NCBI GenBank assembly: GCA_038087875.1
Contig: CM075989.1
Span: 20,648,001-20,712,000, forward strand
DNA length: 64,000 nt
Direction: 5' to 3'
Source of the DNA: Malacoraja senta
Lineage: Eukaryota
The notes beneath the pieces are model-generated. The model was not told where the DNA came from, did not search any database, and worked only from the letters and a program-made list of their open reading frames with translations. The position numbers and the translations under genes were made by a program. Position 1 is the stretch's first letter, and the number at the start of each line of letters is the position of its first letter. Below, in pieces: positions 39,266-48,435 of the stretch.

Positions 39266-40274
39266 ACAATGTGTTGTCCGAGTGTGTTTGGAACAGCACA
39301 GCACTGGAATATGCATTTTGTCCACCAGGAGGAATGATTATGGGAAGATAAAAGAATCCTGTTTAAAAAAATTACTCAAAATATTAACAAAATCATGCAT
39401 TGTTACAGTAAAAAGTCCAGTCTTATATATATATATATACGGGTCCACCGCCGAATTTTCCAGCAGCTAGTTGTCTGGCACCTCCTTTAATCCAGACAAA
39501 ATTACGAGAAGGCACGAGATCTCCCCCAAAAATGTGGCCCCTAGGCCAGGTGAGGTGGCCAACCTCGACCTCGTCAGGACTTCCGCGGACGATCAGCGGG
39601 TCGAATTAGCCGCCTGCAAACTCATGTGTGAGAATGCCATTGACGAACTGTCAATACGAGTGTTTTGGGCAGAACTGACACAGGGTTGCACAGTGGCGCA
39701 GCGGTAGAGTTGCTGCCTTGCTGCGACAGAGACCCGGGTTCGATCCTGACCACAGGTGCTGTCTGTACGGAGATTGTACGTTCACCCTGTGACCGTGTGG
39801 CCATTCTCCGGGTGCTCTGGTTTCCTCCCACATTCCAAACACATGCAGGCTTGTGGGTTCATTGCCTTTGGTAAAATTGTAAATTGTCCCCAGTGTTGTG
39901 GACTGTGCTAGTATACGGAGTGATCCCTGGTCGGCGTGGACTTGGTGGGCCAAGGGCCTATTTCAGCACTGTATTTCTCAGGTCTAAGGTCTAAAAGTCT
40001 AAAGTCTGACAGAGGAAGAAGCTGTTGAAGGAAACTAATGAAAAAGAAAAAAAATGGAGATTTGACAATCGAGTTTGCACAACGAGAATCTTAAGGACTT
40101 ACCCTGCCTCAATGCCATTGTGTGCTTTCAATATAACCATTATTCAGTTCAGAATGGAAGCATAGAATTAAGGAGACATTTAACGTCTGTATTTATGTCG
40201 ACCGGTTCTGAGTAGTTTCAGGATCATTTCCACCTAGTAACAGAGTGTGTTTATTTTGTATCTGCTTTCTGCAG

Positions 40275-40298
40275 TCAGAGGAGGATGAGTTGGACATG
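40275..40298 (+). CDS. MEF2A: MEF2A beta microexon (24 nt, SEEDELDM), alternatively spliced in other vertebrates
   Basis: tctgctttctgcAG|TCAGAGGAGGATGAGTTGGACATG|GTAAGT. Phase 0/0, acidic octapeptide like human SEEEELEL, located between the expected flanking exons. Too short for the ORF track. Confidence 0.93.
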
Positions 40299-41008
40299 GT
40301 AAGTCTGAACCTAGCTTGGAATAAATAGTGTGTGTGCTTCTAAAAGGTGTCAAAAGAAGCTTGAACTAATACTTATTTTCGGAACATAACTGTGATTTAC
40401 CTACAGCATGCCTTGTGTCTGGAGAGGGAAGTGCTTTCATTTTGAAGGAGGGTGACCTTGCTTGTACTTTAGTTGTTTAAAAAAAATTCCACGCAATGTT
40501 GTGAAGTTGCCGCTCACTTAGAAAAGCATGAAATCTTCAAATGAGACTCTTCAGATTGTCGTGCCCTCTTCCAGACTATCAAGCACTTGAGAACTATAAT
40601 GAGCAATAATAATCAGCTCCCATCGCATTCCACTCCCCCGCTCAACCCCCCAATGTACAAATAACTTTCACTAACTCGACGGAGCTACAGAAAGATTTGA
40701 TTACTTTCCAGACGTGACGTAACATGCCTTGAAGTAATGCATGAAAGTTCACCTCGTACCCAGTAGTAATGTCACCAGATGATAGCTATCCAGTCCCAAC
40801 AGTTTAGTTAGAATCAGCAATTTAATTAATTAGGGGCAGATCGGTAGAGCTACTGCCTTACAGCGCCAGAGACCCGGGTTCGATCCTGACCACGGGTGCT
40901 TGTCTGTACGGAGTTTGTAAAATCTCCCTGTGACCTGCATGGGTTTTCTCCGAGGTCTTTGAGACCATTTAGCCCCATTCCAGTGCTTTGTTAAAATGGG
41001 TGCCATAA

Positions 41009-41398
41009 AGCCCCTGTCCCACCAGGGAGACCTAAACAGCAACCTCTGGTGACCTTGCCCACCACCCAAAAAAAAATCAAGGTCGAGGTGACCTGCAACC
41101 TCTTACCACCTCCCACGCATATGTTGAAAACCTTCCTTGACTGTGAAGAAAACCGGCTTCGACTAGACCTGCGACAAAAAAATTATTGATTTTTAAAACG
41201 GCAACCTATTTTTAGTTGAGGCCGGTTTTAATCCTGATGAAAAAATAGCAGCAACCTAGATGAAGCCTCGACCTCGCGGAAACCACTTTCGACCATTAGG
41301 GAGAGTGACCAAAACCTCCGGTGATCTCATGGAAGCCTTGGGTGGCGGGCAAGGTCATCAGAGGTTGCTGTTTAGGTCTCCTAAGTGGGACAGGGGTT
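41009..41398. mobile_element. PIF/Harbinger-type MITE family B
   Basis: About 61-bp TIRs (AGCCCCTGTCCCAC..GGAGACCTAAACAGCAACCTCTG..GACCTTGCCC.CCACCCAA). TAA at 41006-41008 and 41399-41401. Confidence 0.88.
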
Positions 41399-42210
41399 TA
41401 ACTTCACACTGCATTTGGTACATTGTAACGTTTCTGCATGCTTTTGCGATGTTGGTGGTTATTTTTAATCTAAAGATATTTTATCTAGAATCAATAAGTC
41501 AATGCATGATGTAGTGAAGTATGTGCTTAATAACCAACAACTTTGACATGTTTGTTGGTATTTTACTTTAAATGTTCATTTTTGAATATGCATTTTTTAC
41601 CAATACTTGCAAGAGGTATTTTCTATCACTATTGTATCAAAACCTATGTATTATCATCTGAATAGACTATCTTCCTTTCTCTGCCCTATTTTCCAAGTTC
41701 GCCCCTCATTCCCCTCTATTGGGTACTTGACCTGTTCACACCAATCTTTTGGTAGAGAAAACTAAAGTTAGAAAAATGTTCACGCAACCCACTAAAAATG
41801 TGGTCCTGTTGAAAATCAGTTTAATCCAGAATAGAGGAATATTGTGCACAACTCGGATTTGGTATCTTGACACAAAATGTTGACAATCCCCCCCCCCCTC
41901 CTCCCCTCACAGATGATGGTAAATACGTTCAGTTCTTCCAGAGTTCCCCCCTTTCCCCTCCCACCTGTCCCCTTCCACCTATATCGTCTCCCTCCTGCTT
42001 TGCATTTCACTCCTCTTCTTATCTGATACCCTTTTGTCTCCTTTTCCCCTCTAGTCTGTCACTTTATCTATCTAACTATCCCCCCTCACCTGTATCCACC
42101 TATCACTTGCTAGGCTTTGTCCCGCCCACATCTTTCTTTTCCTCCTTTCACTCCTCCCCCCTTCTTCAAAAAGTCTGGAGAAGGGTCCCGACCTGAAACA
42201 CAGTTTGTCC

Positions 42211-42810
42211 TTCAAGTTCAAGTGAGTTTATTGTCGTGTGTCCCTGATAGGACAATGAAATTCTTGCTTTGCTTCAGCACAACAGAACATAGTAGGCATT
42301 GACTACAAAACAGATCAGTGTGTCCATATACCATTCTATAAATATGTACACACATGAATAAATAAACTGATAAAGTGCAAATAACAGTTAATGGGCTATT
42401 AAAGTTCAGAGTTTTGTCTGAGCCAGGTTTAATAGCCTGATGGCTGTGGGGAAGTAGCTATTCCTGAACCTGGTTGTTGCAGTCTTCAGGCTCCTGTACC
42501 TTCTACCTGAAGGTAGTAGGGAGATGAGTGTGTGGCCAGGATGGGTGGGTCCTTGATGATACTGCCAGCCTTTTTGAGGCAGTGACTGTGATAGATCCCC
42601 TCGATGGAAGGGAGGTCAGAGCCGATGATGGACTGGGCAGTGTTTACTACTTTTTGTAGTCTTTTCCTCTCCAGGGCGCTCAAGTTGCCGAACCAAGCCA
42701 CGATGCAACCGGTCAGCATGCTCTCCACTGTGCACCTGTAGAAGTTAGAGAGAGTCCTCCTTGACAAACTGACTCTCCGTAATCTTCTCAGGAAGTAGAG
42801 GCGCTGATGT
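42211..42810 (-). mobile_element. Rex1/Babar-clade LINE 3' fragment
   Basis: QRLYFLRRLRR...FYRCTVESMLTGCIVAWFGN...RLQKVVNTAQSIIG; tail aataaactcacttgaacttgaa. Confidence 0.88.
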
Positions 42811-44322
42811 GGCTCCCCAGATGATGCCTGACCTGTTGAGTTCCTCCAGCACATTGCGTTTTTGGTGGAGTTCCTCCAGCAGTTTGCCCTTTGTTCCAAA
42901 ATCTCTTCTCTCTGCCCTGCTACATCCTTATGACCCTGTATCGCCCACTTTCAGATATTTATCCACCATTAGGGTCGCTGTGTGAAAGTAAATGTAGTGC
43001 TGGACTGAAGGGAGATGCCATCAAAGATGTCCGGCTGTAGACACAAAACGCTGGAGTAACTCAGCGGGACAGGCAGGCAGCATCTCTGGAGAGAAGGAAT
43101 GGGTGACGTTTTGGGTCGAGGCCTTTCTTCAGACTTTCCATTTCCAAATCGCTCCATCTGGTGGTCTGTTCAGAGAACTAGCAAACATCAATGAGCTGAA
43201 TTATCAGGAAAATGTTGGCAACGTTCCTTTCAAACTCCTAAGTGCTCTGCCTGTTTCAGTAGCTGTTAAATCGAATTGCATACCTAAGCAGAACTGAAGG
43301 ACTTCTCATTGAATTCCTTCACCAAGTGGAGGAAACAAAACATTAAAATATTAAAGCCTCAGTTTTTCCTCGAATGCATTTTTCAACTAGACAGCAGATG
43401 GCTCTAGCACATATCATTTTACATAATGAATCATTCTCAGTCTTGTATGTTCATTATTGTAAATCTGGCCTGCTTTTAGCAAAAAAAAACAGTTGCATTG
43501 TACAAATATTAAATTGGGCTCTCATTTTTGTAAGAAAAATCAGCCGTCCCAGTGAATTAAGCATATGAATGAAGTTTATATTTCACATTTTAAAACTGTA
43601 CAGAATGGAAATACATTATTTTCCAACAGTTCCTGTCTAATGTCAGTAGCAACTCTAGTCTTTGATTTATTATTTCCATTACCTATTTAGTTTAGAGATG
43701 CAGCATGGAAACAGGCCCATCGGCCCAACGAATCCGCGCTAACCAGTGGTCCCCGTAAACTAACACTATCCTACACACTCTAGGGGAAATCTTTACTGAA
43801 GCCAATTAACCTACACACCTGCATGTCTTTGGAGTGTGGGAGGAATCTAGAGATCCCGGAGAAACATACAAACTCTGTATAGACAGCACCTGTAGTCAGC
43901 ATCGAACCCAGGTCTCTGGCGCTGTAAGGCAGCAACTCTACCGCTGCGCCACCAAGCCTCACCATCGTTAACCACGAGCAATATCTTTCTCCTTGAATTG
44001 TCTAAGTAGGGCGGCACGGTGGCGCAGCTTGTCTGTACGGAGTTTGTACGTTCTCCCCGTGACCTGCGTGGGTTTTCTCAGTTTATCCGGTTTTCTCCCA
44101 CACTTCAAAGACGCACAGGTTTGTAGACTAATTAGCTTGGTATAATTTGAAATTTCCCCCAGTGTGTGTAGGATAGTGTTATTGTGCAGGGATCGCTGGT
44201 TGGCACGGACTCGGTGGGCCGGAGGGCCTGTTTACGCGCTGTATCACTAAACTAAACTAAGCAGAGATTTTGTATATATGCTTATGCTAATTATCTTCAT
44301 CTTTTATTTGTGAAATGTACAG

Positions 44323-44428
44323 AGGATAAGCAATGCACAATCAACACAGGCTCTGGCAACTCCTGTCGTGTCTGTTACCTCTCCAAGTCTACCTTCACAT
44401 GGGCTCTTGTACTCGACATACAACAATG
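44323..44428 (+). CDS. MEF2A: MEF2A internal coding exon
   Basis: Reads RISNAQSTQALATPVVSVTSPSLPSHGLLYSTYNN(D), containing the MEF2 ATPVVSV motif. Acceptor tacAG 44321-44322, donor GTAATC at 44429. The 5' boundary is discussed in findings. Confidence 0.9.
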
Positions 44429-44993
44429 GTAATCAAATTGCATTCGCACTTATTGTTATCTGTGTGTAATCACGGCTCATTGGAAAATTGGTCTTTTACT
44501 TACCCAACCTGTGAGAACTAACATGAAACATCATTTCTGAACATGTAATCTAGTTGTGGGAATAGATTTTTGGTTATATTGCCTATTGCCCTTCTCATAT
44601 ATCATATATGTGGCATTGAGTCACGATACTAATGAAGGTGTAATTTGGGATTTACGCTGATTTAGTGCAAAATGAATCAATTACCAAAATCAATTTCACA
44701 TCATGATCACAATGCTTAGACAGGTACATGGATTGGACAGGTTTAGAGGGATATGGGCCAAACGCAGGCAGGTGGGACTAGTATAAATGGGACATGTTGG
44801 CCAGTGTTGGCAAGTTGGGCCGAAGGGTCTGTTTGCAAGCTGTAAGTCTATGACTCCATCACAGTTGATAAACATTAGAGTAACTTGCAAAATAAATGGG
44901 AGGAAAAAACTGCAGATGTTGAAAATCTGAATTGTGTAAATCTAAATGGAAATGTTTCTTCTTTCCCTCCCCTTCCCCCATTTGATCTTACAG

Positions 44994-45120
44994 ATTATTC
45001 ACTAACCAGCGCTGATTTATCAGCACTACCAGGATTCAACTCACCAGGGACGCTGTCATTGGGGCCCATGTCGGCCTGGCAACAGCATCAGCTGGGACAA
45101 GCAGCTCTCAGCTCACTAAT
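44994..45120 (+). CDS. MEF2A: MEF2A penultimate coding exon
   Basis: Long pyrimidine tract then ttacAG ending 44993. Reads DYSLTSADLSALPGFNSPGTLSLGPMSAWQQHQLGQAALSSL. Donor GTAAGT at 45121. Phases 1 and 2 fit the neighbouring exons. Confidence 0.96.
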
Positions 45121-45577
45121 GTAAGTCATGAGCTCTCCCAGGGAAAGGTAAAGTTCATGAACAAGGCTCCTGTGGAAAGCAGCCGACATTCGCCTGCATC
45201 TTTCATCTCCAGAGTAGCAAAATTACCCTGACCACCAAGTCTGCTGTTGCTGTAAATGCATGTAGACATGCTCTCCACAGACTCATAAATACATCTGACT
45301 GAACACAGTGCCCCAGCAAATAAACTAACAAGTGTAGGAAGAAACTGCAGATGCTGGTTTAAACCGAAGATAGGCACAAAAAGCTGGAGTAACTCAGCGG
45401 GACATGCAGCATCCCTGGAGAGAAGGAATGGGTGACTTTTCGGGTCAGAGTCAGGGGAGAAGGTACGTTGAGATATGGAAGGATAAGGTTTGAGAATACT
45501 GTTGGCTTCAGGCAATGTCCTCAACTTAGGTACGGGCAGTTACCATGGTGTGAATGTAGAGTTACTCCAGCATTTCA

Positions 45578-45887
45578 GGGCGGCACGATGGCGCAGCGGT
45601 AGAGTTGCTGCCTTACAGCGCTTGCAGCGCTGGAGACCCGGGTTCGATCCCCACCACAGGTGCTGTCTGTACGGAGTTTGTACGTTCTCCCCGTGACCTG
45701 TGTGGGTTTTCTCCAAGATCTTCGGTTTCCTCCCACACTCCAAACACGTACAGGTTTGTAGGTTAATTGTAAAAGTTGTTCCTAGTGTGTGTAGGATGGT
45801 GTTAATGTGCGGGGATCGGTGGTCGATGTGGACTCGGTGGGCCGAAGAGCCTGTTTCCACATTGTATCTCAAAATAAACTAAACTAA
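45578..45887 (+). mobile_element. tRNA-derived SINE (HE1/V-SINE-like), representative full copy
   Basis: A-box TGGCGCAGCGG, B-box GGTTCGATCC, core GGAGTTTGTACGTTCTCCCCGTGACC, CR1-like tail and (TAAAC)n end. Confidence 0.9.
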
Positions 45888-47749
45888 TTTTCGTGCCTAT
45901 CTTCGGTGTGAAAGTAAAGTTGTCTGGACTGGCCCGGGGAATAAGGCTTAAGGATAGATCTGTGGCAGGTATTTAAATAACTAGTTCATATCACACAGCA
46001 GAAATTAATCCCAATTAGACAGAGAGACTGAGGGATAAGAGACGACTGCCTGACGTTAACAAAGAAGGTCAAGGAAATATCAAATCAAAGACTCGAGCAT
46101 CGGAAGAATCAAGGACTGCGAATATTGCAAGAATCATGAATGATAGACTAAAATAAATTATCAAAATGAATTCTTTGAAACTTTGAAATGTTTGCATTGG
46201 ACATTTAGTGAAAGAGGTTCTCTATCCATTGAAGTCACAGTGACAGATTTTTAGAAACAGTTTTAACATGAGCTTTTGCAGGAGCAACTTTGAATTATTT
46301 TGTGACTGAATACTTGAACGTTTTGGCATCACACAATAAATTTAATGACTATTTGCATTTACTTGAGCAGAATAAAAGGCGTCCTTCTGAAAGTGCCCAT
46401 TGAGAGGTCAGATGGCGGATTGATTTGCATTGCAGTCTCGTTTAGACTAATTTGGTTCTTGGCATTTGTGGGAGTCTGAGTGATTTTTCATTCCGTGTTT
46501 CGTGCAGAGAAGTTGTTAGCTCCTTTGCTGGGGCACTGTGTTCAGTCAGACGTATTTACGAGGCTGTGGAGAAAACCCTTATATGCATTCAATTGTGCGG
46601 CACGGTGGCGCAGCGATAGAGTTGTGCCTTACAGCGCTTGCAGCGCCGGAGACCCGGGTTGGGTCCCGACTACAGATGCTGTCGGTACGGAGTTTGTACG
46701 TTCTCCCCGTGACCTGCGTGGGTTTTCTCCGAGAACTTCGGTTTCCTCCGACACTCCAAAGACGTACAGGTTTGTAGTTTAATTGGCTTGGTATAAATGT
46801 AAATTGTCCCTGGTGTGTGTAGGATAGGGTTAATGTGCAGGGATTGTTGGTGGGCCGAAGGGCCTGTTTCCGCGCTGTATCTCAAAACTAAACTAACAGC
46901 AACGTCAGACTTGGTGTTCAGAGTAATTTCACTACTCTGACGATGAAAGTTGCAGGTGAATGTCGGTCGCTTTCCACGTGAGTCTTCTTCATGAACTTTA
47001 CCTTTCTCAGAGAAACATTGCTGAAATCCAATCCCTTCCATTGACTTCCCGGCTAAAGTATCAGTAAGAGCATAATTATTCCCAAACACACTGTGGCACG
47101 GTGGCATAGCTGGTAACGCTACAGCCCCTCACAGATCAGGGACCTGACCTCGGGTGCTGTCTACGTGGAGTTTGCAGGTTCCTCCGGCTACACATTTTCC
47201 TCCCACATCCAAAAGACGTGCAACTTTGTAGATTAATTAACTTCTGTAAATATTCCCTAGTGTGTAATTGGATGAAAACGGAGGCAGTGGAGTTGCTAGC
47301 TTGCAGCGTCAGAGACTTGGGTTCAATCCTGACTACAGGTGCTGTCTATATGGAGTTTGTATGATCTCCCTGTGACCACGAGAGTTTTCTCCTCCCGCTC
47401 TCCAAAGACGTGCAGGTTTGTAGGCTAATTGGTTTCGGTAATTTATAAATTCTCCCCAGTGTGTTGGATAGTGCTCGTTGGTCAGCACGGACTTGATGGG
47501 CCGAATGACCTCTTTCCACGCTTTAACTTCAAGTGTAAGGAAGCTGGAGGAAAGCTACGCGTGCAAACTCCACCAAAACGGTACCCATGGACTGGAGTGA
47601 ATTTGGGTCTCCGCCGCTGTGAGGCAGCAGCACTATCAGCTGTAGCTCTGTGCCACCCTGTAATCAGTGCAGCATTGCTGAGGTTGAATAGCAAGCATGA
47701 TTGTGTCCCCAGTATAGAAGCAACACTGACCATTAAATGTGAACTCAGC

Positions 47750-48030
47750 GCAAAGGACCTTCCTTTAGGAAGGAGACGAGGAGGAATGTCTGTAGTCAGA
47801 GGGTGGTGAATCTCTGGAATTCATTGCCACAGAAAGATGTGGAGGCCAAGTCAATGGATATTTTTAAGGCAGAGATAGATAGATTCTTGATTCGTATGGG
47901 TGTCAGGGGTGATGGGGAGTAGGCAGGCGAATGGGGTTGAAAGTGAAAGATAGATCAGCCATGATTGAATGGCGGAGTAGACTTGATGGGCTGAACGGCC
48001 TAAATCTGCTCCGATCACTTATGAACTTAC
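47750..48030 (+). mobile_element. CR1 3' fragment just upstream of the terminal MEF2A exon
   Basis: gtcagagggtggtgaatctctggaattc...gatagatcagccatgattgaatggcgg is the CR1 3' end signature. Confidence 0.85.
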
Positions 48031-48125
48031 TTGAGTAATGTATTATTACTAATCGTTTTTACCCGAACGTACTAATTATTTATAATTGCTTGTCGTATTA
48101 TTTGCTTTTTCCCCATTCTCTGCAG

Positions 48126-48435
48126 AGTTAACAGCCAGTCGCTTCAGGGTTCCAACCTTTCAGTCAACACCAACCAGAACATCAACATCAAGTCGGAGCC
48201 CATCTCTCCGCCCCGGGACAGGATGACCCCGTCGGGCTTCGTGCAGCACTCGCGGCACGACACGGGACGCTCGCCCGTCGACAGCCTGAGCAGCTCGAGC
48301 AGCAGCTACGACGGCAGCGACCGGGAGGAGCCGCGGGCGGACTTCCTCTCGCCCCTCGGGCTCCCGAGGCCGACGGCAGACGACCGGGAAAGCCCATCCG
48401 TAAAGCGCATGCGGATGGACACCTGGGTGACATAG
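48126..48435 (+). CDS. MEF2A: MEF2A terminal coding exon
   Basis: Acceptor ttctctgcAG ends 48125. Reads (I)[38 protein letters not shown]...[21 protein letters not shown]...[15 protein letters not shown] with TAG ending 48435. Contains the IKSEPISP phospho-SUMO motif and an MEF2A-type C-terminus. Confidence 0.97.

Noticed and set aside
39438..39620. Tigger/pogo-like transposon end after the (TA)n run
   Set aside because: No matching second terminus was found, so the assignment is unsupported.
45578..45660. tRNA genes at SINE heads
   Set aside because: A and B boxes are present, but each continues into SINE core and tail with no complete cloverleaf.
38652..48435. Assignment to MEF2C or MEF2D
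   Set aside because: [44 protein letters not shown] and KRMRMD.WVT match MEF2A better. A phylogeny would be the decisive test.
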